A model generated the notes under the pieces. That model was given only the letters and a program-made list of their open reading frames with translations. It did not search any database and had not been told where the DNA came from. Below, one piece after another: positions 49,645 to 62,869 of a DNA stretch of 64,000 nucleotides. The position numbers were made by a program, and so were the translations under genes. Position 1 is the first letter of the stretch. The number at the start of each line of letters is the position of its first letter. The stretch comes from Malacoraja senta (lineage: Eukaryota), in the NCBI GenBank assembly GCA_038087875.1, contig CM075987.1, forward strand, positions 23,810,001-23,874,000, written 5' to 3'.

Positions 49645-52600
49645 GTAAGTCACCCCTGTACTCGTGGGGTAGGGACAGTAACATTCCAACAAATAGACCA
49701 TGCAGTGTGGAAACAGGCCCTTTGGGCCAACTTGGCCATGCCGACCAACATGCATCTACAATAGTCCCACCTGCCTGCGTTTAGCTCCTATCCCTCTAAA
49801 CCCCTTCTATCCATGTACAGTATTTGTGCAAAGGTCTCAAACATTATCATATAAGTCATAAGTTATAGTCATACAGCATGGAATCAATCAGGCCCTTCGG
49901 CCCAACTTACCCATGCCAATCAACATGCCCCATCAACTCTAGTCCCACCTCCCTGTGTTTGGCCCAAATCCTTCTGAATCTATCCTGTCCATATACCTGT
50001 CCAAATGTTTTTTAAACGTTGTGATGGTCCCTGCCTCAACTACCTCCTCCGGCAGCTCGTTCCATACACCTACCATCCCTCTGTGTAATAACGTTGCCCC
50101 TTAGGTTCCAATTAAATATTTCCGCCCTCACCTTAAACCTGACAGTGTGGAAACAGGCCCTTTTTGCCCACCGAGTCCGCGCCAACCGGTGATCCCATTT
50201 ACACTTGCTCTATCCTACACACTAGGGACAATTTACAGAACCCAATTAACTTACACACCTGCACATCTTTTTTGCAATGTGGGAGGAAACTGGAGCACCT
50301 GGAGAAGCACCCACGCGGTCACGGGCAGAACGTGCGAACTCCACACAGGCAGCACCTGCAGTCAGGATGGAACCCGGGTCTCTGGCGCTGTGAGGCAGCA
50401 GCTCTACCTCTGCGCCACCGGGCCACCCCTAGAACAGGTTGAATTTCTCTCTTTCAAAGGGCTGACACAGTTGTTGACGCCAAATGACTAAGGACCCATA
50501 AGTCAATAGACAATAGGTGCTGGAGCAGGCCATTCGGCCCTTCGAGCCAGCACCGCCATTCAATGTGATCATGGCTGATCATCCCCAATCAGTACCCCGT
50601 TCCTGCCTTCTCCCCATATCCCCTGACTCCGCTATTTTTAAGAGCCCTATCTAGCTCTCTCTTGAAAGCATCCAGACAACCTGCCTCCACCGCCCTCTGA
50701 GGCAGAGAATTCCACAGACTCACCACTCTCTGTGAGAAAAAGTGTTTCCTCATCTCCATTCTAAATGGCTTACTCCTTATTCTTAAACTGTGGCCCCTGG
50801 TTCAGGACTCCCCCAACATCGGGAACATGTTTCCTGCCTCTAGTGTGTCCAAGCCCTTAACAATCTTATATGTTTCAATGAGATATCCTCTCATCCTTCT
50901 AAACTCCAGAGTGTACAAGCCCAGCTGCTCCATTCTCTCAGCATATGACAGTCCCGCCATCCCGGGAATTAACCTTGTAGTCCATAAACCTCCTGCTAAT
51001 CCTGCCCAGAATGCCTATTGACGCAAGCCCCTGTTTTGGAAGGTGCGGGCGATGAGACTGTCGTTTGTCGGCGAGATGGGCTGGGAGCTGCACGTGCCAA
51101 GGGAAGCCTGCGTGCCCATCCACCGTGCGGTCATGCAGTCTGGCGCCAAGTTTTGAATCGCCAACGCTGGTTACAGGGCCATTGACTCGCTCAGCATCGA
51201 GAAAGGTAAAAGCACGGAGGTGTGATGCAGTCTTACACCAGCCACATTTAGTTTAGTTTAAAGATACAGCACAGAATCAGGCCCTTCAGTCCACCAGCGA
51301 TCCCCGTACACTAACACTATTCTACACACTTGGGACAGTTTACAATCTTTACCGAAGCCAATTAGCCTACAGATCTGTGCGTCTTTGGAGTGTGGGACGA
51401 AACCGGAGCACCCGGAGTAAACCCATGCGGTCACGTGGAGAACGTACAAACTCCGTAAAGACAGCACCCGTAGTCAGGATGGATCCCGGGTCTCTGGCGC
51501 TGTAAGGCAGCAACTCTACCGCTGCGCCACCATGCTGCCCATCGTTGACCTGTTAATGGGCGAGGCTTACCTTGCCCTCGCTTCCCGTCTATCCCGGGTT
51601 CCGTTTCCAATATCTGGATGCATAGGAGTAGTGTGAATCAGTTACCGACAGTGTACGGGAGATCCGTGATCCACCGGAAGAGGCCCCTTTGGCCTGCTGT
51701 GCCAGTACTGACCATGAAGCCAATTTGAACCACACAGCTGAGAGCATCGTTCATGGGCTTTTCAATGAGATGGTCACACCCAAGATAGAGACAGCAGGTA
51801 GTTGGATGACCAGCACAGCGGTAGAGTCGCTACCTTGTAACGTCAGAGACACGTGTTCGATCCTGACCACGGGTGGAGTTTGTACGTTCTCCCCGTGACC
51901 TGCGTGGGTTTTCTACCGGGATCTCCAGTTTACTCCCACACTCCAAAGACGTACAAGTTTGGCTTTGTAAAATTGTAAATTGTGCCTAGTGTGTAGGATC
52001 GTGGTCGGCACGAACTCGTTGGGCCGAAGGGCCTGTTTCTGCACTGTACCTCCAAAGTTTAAAGACAACCCGAAAAGGCAGAGGAGGTAGGGAACATTTT
52101 GCATTCCCCTGTGGCCATTCGATTCACTAGCAAGTATAACATTTTGGACACAGTTGGTGGGAGATGCCTTTTTGGAAGCGAGCAGCAAGAGGCCGCAGGT
52201 TTGTGGCACCAGGTCTGGCTCTGATGCACAACACTGTGGGGAGACAGGGGGAGCTGTAGTTATAGGAGACCCAATAGTTAGAAGGGCAGACTGGAGGTTC
52301 AGTGGCCACAAATGAAATACAAGGATGGTTTGTTGCCTCTCGGGTGCCTCTGTCAAGGATGTCTCTGAAGGGTTATGGAAAATTTAAAGGGGGGAGGGTG
52401 AGCAGTCAGAAGTCATTGTAGATTTTTGTGCCAACTACATAGGTAAAATAGAATGAGGTGCTTCAGAGTAAATGTAGGAAGTTATAAGTTCAAAGGTTCT
52501 AGGAGCAGGCCTAACAGATGAAGTAGATGAACTCAGGGCATGAATTGGAAAACAGGACTGGGATGTTATAGCTATCACTGAAACATGGTTGAAAGAGGGG

Positions 52601-55600
52601 TACGGCTGGCAGCTTAATATATGCTACAGGAGGGAAAGAGGTGGAGGTAAGAGAGGGAGAAGATGAGGAGGAATTTCTTACATCCGAGGGTGGTGACTCT
52701 GTGGAATTCATTGCCACAGAAAGCTGTGGAGGCCACGTCAATGGATATTTTAAAGGCGGAGATTGACAGATTCTTGATCAGTACGGGTGTCAGGGGTTAT
52801 GGGGTGAAGGCAGGAGAATGGGGCTAAGAGGGAAAGATAGATCAGCCATGACTGAATGGCGGAGTAGACTTGATGGGCCGAATGGCCTAATTCTGCTCCT
52901 ATAACCTATGAGCTTATGAGGAGGGGTGAGTACCGTTTCCGATTAGGGAGAACATTAGATGTGGTTTATTTTGATAGATCCTTTGTCTGCGTTGCATCTC
53001 CCCCTCCTAAGGTTGTTGGGGTGCCGTTCCGTGACGTGGAGAGGTGCGTGTTGTACAGGCTGCTCTTGCACACTCTCCACTTCCTCGCCGTCGTTTTCCG
53101 TCCGGACACGCCCTGGCGGTCCGTGTTACCACCTGACAAGGAGAGCGGTCCCCAGTGCAGCTCTCTCTACAAGGGAGTCCTCCCCCTTTACATCGGGGAC
53201 CTGGGATGGAGAGTGTTGCACAAAGCCGTGGCCTGCAACAGGTACTTGAGCCGGTTCACGGACTCGTCCGCCGCCTGTCACTTCTGCGGCGAGGAAGAGA
53301 CCGTGTTCCACGTCTACATGGAGTGTGAGAGGTTGCAGCCCCTGTTCGAGTATCTGAAGGGGCTGCTCCTCAAGTTTTGGCTCCACTTTAGTCCAACGCT
53401 ATTGATCTTTGGGCACCCGGTACAGAGGGGGGAGGGTCAGGAGGGAGGAGGGGGGAATCTCCCTGTCGGTCTGCTCCTGGGACTGGCCAAGATGGCCATT
53501 CGCGGGTCCAGGCAGCGGGCAGTCGATGGCCGCACAACGGTTGTCTGCCTGCCCCTTTTCCGGGGGTTATGTCCGTGCCCGCGTGTCCCTAGAGAGGGAA
53601 CACACACGCGGTGTCCACGGGGACTCTGGAGGCCGTCAGTGAACGCTGGTCACCGCAGGAGGTCGAATGTATTGTTGATAAAATTGTTAATATTTTAATT
53701 TGATAAATTTGTTTGTAAACTGCCAATAGAGGCATTCTTTGATCGTGTTACTACTCTGTATTTTTGTTTGTTTTGAATAAAAGCATTTTGTATGGGGAAA
53801 AAAAGGTTGTTGGGGTGTGAGGTGCAGACACTTGAAGCTGTTTGTCGTGTTCCCGTTGCAGGGTACAGACACTGGCACGCTGACCTGCGATCCGACGACA
53901 CTCCTCTGGAGGCCGGCCTCGCCTTCACTTGCAAACTCAAGTCCAAGATCCCGTTTCTTGGCCGAGAGGCTCTGGAGGTGCAGAAGGCACAGGGACTGTT
54001 CAAACGCTTGATGTGCTTCACCATCGACCAGTGAGTTTCTGATTCACTGCTGACTCACACGTAGGGACTGAGCTAAAGCACATAGTGCTGGAGTAACTCA
54101 GCGGGTCAGGCAGCATCCCTGGAGAACATGGATAGGTGATAGAAGATGGATAGCTAGTTTTTCTGGTCCTTTCCCCTGGTCTTCTCCAGTAACAACTCCT
54201 ACACCAGTCCCTGTTCTTCTGTAATCACCTCTTATTAGCCGAATCCCTGTCACTGGCCTCCACTTTGTATTGGTCATTTTGGGGCTGGGCTAGAATTGGA
54301 CCTTGATGGTGGCACAGAGATGCTGGAGGAACTCTGCTGGTCAGGTAGCATCTGTCGAGGCTTGGACAGGTGGGTTTCAGGTCGGAACGCATCGTCAGAC
54401 CAGTCTGAAGAATGGTCGCAAACCGACACATCGCCTAACATCTGAAGAAAGGTCCCGATCCGAAACGTCATCCGTCCAATCCCTCCAGAGATCCTGCCTG
54501 ACCTACGGAGGTACTCCAGCCCTTTGTGTTTTGCTCAAGATCCCAGCATCTGCAGTTCCTTGTGTCTCAACCTGGATTTAATGTCTACAGCAAGCTGTGG
54601 CCAGAGTAAGATGAGAGCTAGGATATTTCCTACATGTTAATTGGTGTATAACACAGAATGTGTTTTTCTTTATGCATGATTGGACATTCTTTCTGAAGGA
54701 GATGAGGAGGAATTTCTCAAGTCAGAGGGTGGTGAAGGCTGTGGAGGCAAAGTCAGTGATAGATAGATTCTTGATTAGTACGGGTGTCAGAGGTTATGGG
54801 GAGAAGGCAGGAGAATGGGGTTAGGAGGGAGAGATAGATCAGCCATGATTGAATGGCGGAGTAGACTTGATGGGCCGAATGGCCTAATTCTGCTCCTATC
54901 ACTTATGACCTTATGATTGTTTCCCTGCAGGAAGGTGCCCTTGTTTGGCCTGGAAGCAATCTGGAGGAACGGCAAGGTGGTCGGACTGGTCCGGAGGGCA
55001 GATTTTGCATTCACACTCAATAAGTCCGTAGCTTACGGTTACATCAGAGATCCAGAGGGTGCAGTGGTGAGTACAAGTAAAATGGACTCCTGAGCATTTG
55101 ACGGAACACCCTTATCCTCAGCTTTGTGCACATTTTAATTACCATAGAACAAACTAATTTATCTTATCCTTCCAGCATTGGATTCTTTAAAGATAACTTT
55201 TAAATTAGATTAATTGGACTTTCCAAATAGCCCTGGAAATGTCATGTTTAGTAGTATTTAGTTTAGTTTAGAGATACAGCGCGGAAACAAGCCCTTCGGC
55301 CCACCGGGTCTGCACCGACCAGCGATCCCCGCACATTAACACCACCCTACACCCACTCGGGACAATTTTTACATTTACACCAAGCCAATTAACCTACAAA
55401 CCTGTACGTCTTTGGAGTGTGGGAGGAAACCGAAGATCTCGTAGAAAACCCACGCAGGTCACGGGGAGAACGTACAAGCTCTGTACAGGCAGCACCGGTA
55501 GTCAGGATGGACCCGGGTCTCTGGCGATGCATTTGCTGCAAGGCAGTAACTCTGCAGTAACAAGGCAGTAGCGCTGCATTTTGCTGTAAGGCAGCAACTC

Positions 55601-57144
55601 TACCGCTGCGCCACCTATTCCCTTTGTGTTTCTTTCCCATTTCTCCCTCTGGGACCCCTCCTTCCTGGTTTATTGCCATTCTGCCTCCTATTAGCGGTCA
55701 CGGTGGCGCAGCGGTAGAGTTGCTGCCATACAGCAAAATGCAGCGCCAGAGACCCGGGTTCGATCCCGACTACGGGTGCTGTCTGCATGGAGTTTGTACG
55801 TTCTCCCCGTGATCTGCGTGGGTTTTCTCCGAGATCTCCGGTTTCCTCCCGCACTCCAAAGACGTACAGGTTTGTAGGTTAATTGGCTTGATAAAAATGT
55901 AAAATTGTCCAAGTTGGCGATATGCAGAGTACTGCCCTGCCGACTACAAAATTCAGAAGGTTCAGAAGGTATTATGTCAACCCCTGATGGCTAATATTGG
56001 ATTAGCAGATCTTCCCTCAGTTATATAGACCCACGCCACTTTCTTCAATGCTGACTAGAAGCTGCTCCTTTCCTTAACAAGAGTCTTGGTGCTATATCGG
56101 GGACCAAGATGATTTCTCAACTACCCCATCATTAAGATGAATTATTTTCACCAATCCTGCGTTACTTCAACCACAGCTGAAAATCTGATCCATGACTTTC
56201 TTACCTCTCTGCTCAACCATTTCATGCCAGCCTCTTCCCTTGCATTTTCCCTACACTTGGGGTCATTCAAAATTCTTCTGGCCATGACATGTCTCGGGCA
56301 GCATGGTCTTCCTCTGCCTGAAGCTCACTGACTAGCATCAGCTCCTGATTTTTAGCTGCAAGGGTGCAGAGAAGATCCACAAGGATGTTGCCAGGAGTCA
56401 AGGTGAGAAGGGAAAGATTGAATAGGAAGGCGGGGGGGCAACTTTTCCACACTTTTGCAACGAGCTGAGGGAATAGTCGAGGCTGGTACTATAGCAGCAT
56501 TTAAAAGACACTTGGACAGGTACATGGAAAGGAAAGGTTTAGATGGAGATCGACACAAAATGCTGGAGTAACTCAGCGGGACAGGCAGCATCTCTGGAGA
56601 GAAGGAATGGGTGACGTTTTGGGTCGAGACCCTTCTACAGACTTAGAGGAACATGGATCAAACATGGGCAAATGGGATTAGCTTAGGCAGGGCTTCTTGT
56701 TCGATGTGGATGACTTGGGCCGAAGGGCCTGTTTCCATGCTGTATGGGCCTATGACCTCAATGTTAATAATGTGCATCCCTCTTCCTATTCGGGACCTCC
56801 TTCCTTGCTATCTCTGAAGTCTCCATCGGGTCTCCTGCAAATTCTGCCTTCCTCTAATTCTGACCTCTTGCATGTCCGCTCTTTGCAACAATCCACCATT
56901 TCTGGCCCTGCCTCCAGCTGTCAGAGATGACTGAGAGTGCAGTTCATGGTTTCACCGCACGGTCCCCGAGTCCCCGTCTCACTCTCTCTCACTCTCACTC
57001 TCTCTCTCTCTCTAGGTGACCACGGACTTCGTGAAGCAGGGCGACTACTCGCTGGAGAGGATGGGAGTCTCCTACCCGGCCAAGGTCCACCTCAAATCAC
57101 CCTTCGATCCAAGCAACAAGCGAGTGAAGGGGATCTACGAGTGA
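49552..57144 (+). CDS. SARDH: Sarcosine dehydrogenase, mitochondrial; last five coding exons (GcvT/aminomethyltransferase-like C-terminal region)
   Basis: Exons translate to [44 protein letters not shown] and [15 protein letters not shown], all characteristic of SARDH. It lies downstream of VAV2 as in other vertebrates. One frameshift and one in-frame TGA as assembled. Confidence 0.93.
50505..50977 (-). mobile_element. CR1 3' fragment
   Basis: Same tail and ORF2-end sequence as the other CR1 copies. Confidence 0.88.
51043..51205 (+). CDS. SARDH: SARDH exon ([53 protein letters not shown]), with an in-frame TGA
   Basis: ttttggaag|gtg ... gagaaag|gtaaaa; 163 nt, phase 0-1; TGA at 51154-51156. 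Confidence 0.9.
52085..52630 (+). mobile_element. Degenerate CR1 5' fragment (ORF1 esterase-like domain and start of the endonuclease)
   Basis: Reads [38 protein letters not shown] (GDSxVR-like) and [12 protein letters not shown]. Confidence 0.7.
52916..53804 (+). mobile_element. Tx1/L1-clade LINE 3' fragment with zinc-finger (zf-RVT-like) region and poly(A) end
   Basis: ORF 52916..53698 contains DLGWRVLH...[23 protein letters not shown] at 53776 and an A-run at about 53798. Confidence 0.82.
53862..54030 (+). CDS. SARDH: SARDH exon ([57 protein letters not shown])
   Basis: ccgttgcag|gg ... cgacca|gtgagt; 169 nt, phase 1-2. Confidence 0.94.
54931..55066 (+). CDS. SARDH: SARDH exon ([45 protein letters not shown])
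   Basis: ttccctgcag|g ... gcagtg|gtgagt; 136 nt, phase 2-0. Confidence 0.94.
55255..55910. mobile_element. Head-to-head pair of HE1-type SINEs (minus 55255-55613, plus 55694-55910)
   Basis: Two oppositely oriented copies about 80 nt apart. Confidence 0.83.
57016..57144 (+). CDS. SARDH: SARDH last coding exon ([42 protein letters not shown])
   Basis: (CT)n tract, then tctag|gtg ... gag tga. Confidence 0.94.
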   Translation: MTTDFVKQGDYSLERMGVSYPAKVHLKSPFDPSNKRVKGIYE

Positions 57145-58591
57145 AGATCTGGGAAACGAAAGCTGCCATGAGCCCAGCGTCTGGCAAAAGTGCAACCAGG
57201 AATATGCTCTCATTCCCATTGACTTTCAATTGAGGGTCATTTAATGCAACTCTGCAATATTTAGTGAAGAATTCAAATCCAGTGTTATAGGTTCCAGAGT
57301 TGCCTGGTGCTTTTTAATATTTTATTAAATCAAAGGAGATTTTACAGTCTTTATAATCAGTGTTTTAAAGATTTCAATTTTGCACAAATACTGAAAATGT
57401 TGTATAACCTTAGCCAGCATGCAATGATGTCTTGGGTGGGCGTTGGTGAATGGGGAGAGGGGGATTTACGAGGCATTCGATGGTGGTTGGGTATAAGCCA
57501 TCGAGCATCTAGTACGGAAACAGGCCCTTCGGCCCAACTCGTCTGTGCTAACCAAGCTAGTCCCATAAGCCGGCCTGGTGGCCCCACACAGATCCTCCAG
57601 ATGGACACAAAGTGCTGGGGTACCTCAGCGGGTCAGGCAGCATCTCTGGATGAAAAAGGATGGGTGAAGTTTCAGGTTGGGTTGCGCAGCGGTAGAGTTG
57701 CTGCCTCACAGCGCCAGAGACCCGGGTTGGGACCTGTCTGTACGGAGTTTGTACGTTCTCTTCCTGACCAGGATCTCCGGTTTCCTCCCACACTCCAGAC
57801 ACACATCCATGTATGTATGTTTATTGGCTTGGTATTCTTGTAAATTGTCCCTGGTGTGGAGTGTGGGAGGAAACCGAAGATCTCGGAGTAAACCCACGGG
57901 GAGAACGTACAAACTCCGTACAGACGGCACCCGTAGTCGGGATCGAACCCGGGCCTCCGGGGGCTGCAAGCGCTGTAAGGCAGAAACCCTACCGCTGCGC
58001 CACCGTGGCAGGCAGGCACATGAACCTGTGGGTGATGGAGGGATATAGACTGTGTGCATGCAGATGGTATTAGATTAAATTGGCCTCCATGGTCAGCACA
58101 GACGTGGTGGGCCGAAGGGGCTGTTCTATGTTCTATTGTGGCGGTGTTGATCAGTGATGCTAAATCAATCTGCCTGTGAATGAGGGAGTTTATTCCTCCC
58201 GTGATCGTGTTCCGGGGGGCAACATGCAACGATCGATGTCCCTAGAGGGACGTGACTCATGCCCATTCCATCGACTGGTTCAGCATAAACCAGTGTCCCC
58301 AGTGTGGTGACAAAATCGTTTTAAATTCAGCACAAAATAATCACCTGTACGCGCACAGTCACGAATAATGGATTAACAGATAAAAGCTGTGTGTTCTTTA
58401 ACAAGTAATAAACGGAGAAATGGAAACCATGGTCTGGATTGATATCACACTAGCACCAACTTTATTTGCAGAACAGCGGCTCCGCGATTACGTCTTTCCC
58501 TGCTTCCGGGTTGCTTGTTCCGAAGGTACTCCCCGGCCACAGGTTGTGATCTAGCCTCAGGAGTGGGTTTGGAATTTGAACCTCATGTTCC

Positions 58592-59361
58592 ATGGCAAGA
58601 ACAAGAAGGCAGATTATTATCTGAATGGTGTCAGATTAGGAAAAGGGGAGGTGCAACGAGACCAAGGTGTCCTTGTACATCAGTCACAAAGTAAGCATGC
58701 AGGTACAGCCGGCAGTGAAGAAAGCCAATGGCATGTTGGCCTTCATAGCGAAAGGATTTGAGTTTAGGAGCAAGGATGTCCTACTGCAGTTGTGCAGGGC
58801 CCGGGTGAGACCGCACCGTGCAGTTTTGGTCTCCTAATTTGAGGAAGGACATTCTTGTTATTGAGGGAGTGCAGCGTAGGTTCGCCAGGTTAATTCCCGG
58901 GATGGCAGGACTGACATATGATGAAAGAATGGATCGACTGGGCTTATCTTCACTGGAATTTAGAAGAATGAAAGGGGATTTTATAGAAACATATAAAATT
59001 CTGAAGGGATTAGACAGGCTAGATGCAGGAAAAATGTTCCCGATGTTGGGGGTGTTTAAAACCAGGGGTCACAGTTTAAGAATAAGGGGTGGGCCATTTA
59101 GGACTGAGATGAGGAAAAACTTTTTCACCCAGACAGTTAGAATCTGTGGAATTCTCTGCCTCAGAAGGCAGTGGAGGCCAATTCACTGGATGTTTTCAAG
59201 AGAGAGTTAGATATAGCTCTTGGAGCTAACGGAATCAAGGGAGATGGGGAGAAAGCAGGAATGGGGCACAGATTTAGGATGATCAGCCATGATCATATTG
59301 AATGGCGGAGCTGGCTCGAAGGGCCGAATGGCCTACTCCACCTATTTTCTATGTTTCTATG
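58592..59361 (+). mobile_element. CR1 3' fragment, older, with frameshifts
   Basis: ORFs 58576.., 58818.. and 59171.. are consecutive pieces of CR1 ORF2. Confidence 0.9.
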
Positions 59362-61779
59362 TCCTGCCTAACATTCACACTGCAGTACTGAGGGAGTGCC
59401 GCACTGTCCTGCAGGTCTACCGGAAAGAACCAATAAGGTCCCATGACTTTGACATCGGGAGGAGAACGGGGAGAGCAGGGGAGAGACAAGACTTTGCCTT
59501 CCATCACAGTGAGGAGGAGATTCACTATGATGGATGTTTGTGTAAAGTGTGTTGTGTCTTGGTTCTTTTTACTTGTTTGTATGACTGCAGAAACAGAATT
59601 CCGTTTGAACTTAGGTTCAAATGACAACAAATAAATTGTATCATTGTATCAAAGGTAGATAAAAATGCTGGAGAAACTCAGCGGGTGAGGCAGCATCTAT
59701 GGAGCGAAGGGAATAGGCAACGTTTCGGGTCGAGGCCCTTCTTCGGTCTGAAGAAGGGTCTCGACCCGAAATGTCACCTTTAAATTAGCTCCATAGATGC
59801 TGCCTCACCCGCTGAGTTTCTCCAGCATTGTTATCCACCTTCGATTTTTCCAGCATCTGCAGTTCCTTCTTAAACAGGTCCCAGGTCAATATCCTTTGCA
59901 TTGAGGCTTCAGTTTACACTGACTCTGCCAGATTTATTGAAGATCCAGCTCCACTATCTCTACAATCTGCTCCTGTGAACCTATTACGTGCAGGCCATCG
60001 AGTCCAGGCCCTTGTCTGCCTTTAATCCCATTACCTTTTCCATTACCTCAGGCTGGCATGACACGCTCTCCCCGTGACCTTCCTGGGTTCTCTCCGAGAT
60101 CTCTGCTTTCCTCCCACACTCCAAATACGTGCAAGTTTGTAGGTTAATTGGCATGGTAAAAATCGTAAAATTGTCCCTGGTGTGTGTAGGATAGTATTAG
60201 TGTACATGGACCACTGGTCACTGCAGACTCGATGGGCTGAAGGGCCTGTTTGTGCGTTGTATTTCTAAAACTAAAAATGAGTCCCTCATGACAGGGATTG
60301 TTACACGCTGCTTAAAACTCAACTGCAACGGTTGTCTTTAAGATATTTGCACTGTGAAGACTTATGTAGAGTATTGCTTCAACTGACTTGCTAACTCCTT
60401 CTTTCCTGTTATTCAGCCCCCAGTTTCATCCTCCGAAGATCCAACACTCACCTTAGTTTCCCTCCTTTTATATATTCATGGAGGCCTTGCTGTCTGTTTT
60501 ACCATTACTCTATGGTGGCACAGCGGTAAAGTTGCTGCCTTACAGTGCCAGAGACCCGGGTTCAATCCTGACTACAGGTGCTGCCTGTACGGAACTTGTA
60601 TGTTCTCTCCGCGACCGCGTAGGTTTTCCCTGGATATTATTTTTCAGAGTCTTTTGCCCAGAGTAGGTGAATCGAGGACTAGAGGACATAGGTTTAAGTT
60701 GAAGGGGGAAAGATTTAATAGGAAACTGAGGGGTATCTTCTTCACGCAATGGGTGGTGGGTGTATGGAACGAGCTACCGGAGGACGTAGTTGAAGCAGGG
60801 ACTATCGCAACGTTTAAGAAGCAATTAGATAGGAACATGGATAGAGGGATATCAGAGGTTTCGGAGGTTATGGGGAGAAGGCAGGAGAATGGGGTTAAGA
60901 GGGAGAGATAGATCAGCCATGATTGAATGACGGAGTGGACTTGATGGGCAGAATGGCCTAATTCTGCTCCTGTCTCTTATGATCTTGTGGGACCAGTGTG
61001 GATGGGAGATGTTGGTCGGCGGGGCAAGTTGGGTCGGAGGGCCTGTTTCCACACTGACTATGACTCTAAGAAGGTGAAGGGGAATGGGGGTGTGATATAA
61101 AGGTGAGGGGATAATCTGCAGAGATGTCTCAGTGTGGACTCTGAGGTGGATGATGTTTTAAGGGAGGATCTGAATGAATGAATGATGAATGAATAATACT
61201 TCATTGTCACATGTGACAAGTCACTGATATTTTTTTCCTTGGCATACCCAAGGTATGCAAAGAGTCGCTACATAAAGGGCGCCGACAAGGTGATCTAATC
61301 CGTTATCAGGCACAAAAACACTCACCAATGCTGATTGAAAAGAGTTTACTGTTTAATTGGAAGTGAATGTTGATCTGGTTCAGTCAACAGGCAGCGTACA
61401 GTGGTGATGGGACATGTTTACATACGAGCCCCTTACAGGTGAGACATGAGGGAGGAATTATCGGCTTTGTGTCGCCGGGCCAGCCGCTCGCTCCTCTCGG
61501 GTTCTGCTCCCCATGGATCGGGTGACTCCAGGGCCGGATACGAGGGCCAGGCCTGCCCGGGTCCACTCCTCACTGCCTCGGCACTTTGCCAGCGGTGAAG
61601 TCAACAATGGTTGGCGCTCCTGGCTCCGGCCGACTTGCTCCCACGCACCGATCTGGGGTCCCCCGCAGCACTCTGGTCACTTGTGGGAGAGGCTGCTTGT
61701 CCCAGTTACCCTGCGGTTGGAAAGCATCTCTAGTGAAGAAATGTTTAAGAAGGAACTGCAGATGCTGGAACAATCGAAG

Positions 61780-61940
61780 GTAGACAAAAATGCTGGAGAA
61801 ACTCAGCGGGTGAGGCAGGGTAGACAAAAATGCTGGTGGATCTCAGCGGGTGAGGCAAGGTAGACAGAAATGCTGGAGAAACTCAGCGGGTGAGGCAGGG
61901 TAGACAAAAATGTTGGAGAAACTCAGCGGGTGAGGCAGGG
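61780..61940. repeat. 4 x 40-nt tandem repeat derived from the Penelope pLTR
   Basis: gtagacaaaaatgctggagaaactcagcgggtgaggcagg units at 61780, 61820, 61860 and 61900. Confidence 0.9.
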
Positions 61941-62401
61941 TGGTTTACACCCCAGTGGTATGAACATTGACCTCCAATTTCAGGTAGTCCTTGCTTTCCC
62001 CTCCTCTTCCCAGCTCTCCCACAGCCCACTGTCTCCGCCTCTTCCTTTCTTCTTCCCGCCACCCCCCCGCCCCCCCATCCCCTCATCAGCCCGAAGAAGG
62101 GTCCCGACCCGAAACATCACCCATTCCTTTGCTCCGTAGATGCTGCCTCAACCGCTGAGTTTCTCCATCATTTTTGTCTAACTTCTGGAGAAGAACTCAT
62201 CACTCAAACTGCCCCCCAAACCCCAATGTTGGGCAGACCCGATGGGCCGAATGGCCTAATTCTACTCCTATGTCTTATGAACCCTTCAATGACTATTAAC
62301 CTCCATATCACACACTATCCTGCATTGTAATCCTAATCACCACTCTTTGCTGCTACGTTTGAAATTCTCTAACCCAGCCTCACTGTAGAAATAACTTTGG
62401 T

Positions 62402-62703
62402 TGGCGCAGTGGTAGTGTTGCTGCCTTACAGCGCTTACAGCGCCAGAGACCCGGGTTCGATCCGGGTTCACTACGGGTGCTGTCTGTATGGAGATTGTAC
62501 GTTCTCCCCGTGACAGCATGGGGTTTTCTCCAAAATCTACGGTTGCCTCCCACACTCCAAAGACGCACAGGTTTGTAGGTTAATTGGCTTGGTATAAGTG
62601 TAAATCGTCCCTAGCATGTGTAGGATAGTGTTAGTTTGCGGGGATCGCTGGTCAGCATGGACTCGGTGGGCCGAAGGGCCTGTTTCCGCGCTGTATCTCT
62701 AAA
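62402..62703 (+). mobile_element. HE1-type SINE
   Basis: Head with an internal cttacagcg duplication, core and tail. Confidence 0.85.
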
Positions 62704-62869
62704 CGAATCTTTGCCTGAAAGACCACAGTGGTTCACTCAACTCCATGTTCCCAAAGACTGGAACCAACAGGAACTGTGACTTTTCCAGCGACAAGCATGA
62801 ATGTCAGCATAGTTTAACAGTACCGAAGGATATAGTCCAGCGTTGGAACTGGAACTGCAGATGCTGGTT

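Noticed and set aside
51154..51156. Selenocysteine or programmed readthrough at the SARDH TGA
   Set aside because: The expected residue is Gly, not Cys; no SECIS was recognised; a single-base error or nonsense change is simpler
61780..61940. CRISPR-like array (also considered for 15635-15820)
   Set aside because: Head-to-tail repeats without unique spacers, derived from the Penelope pLTR in a vertebrate genome
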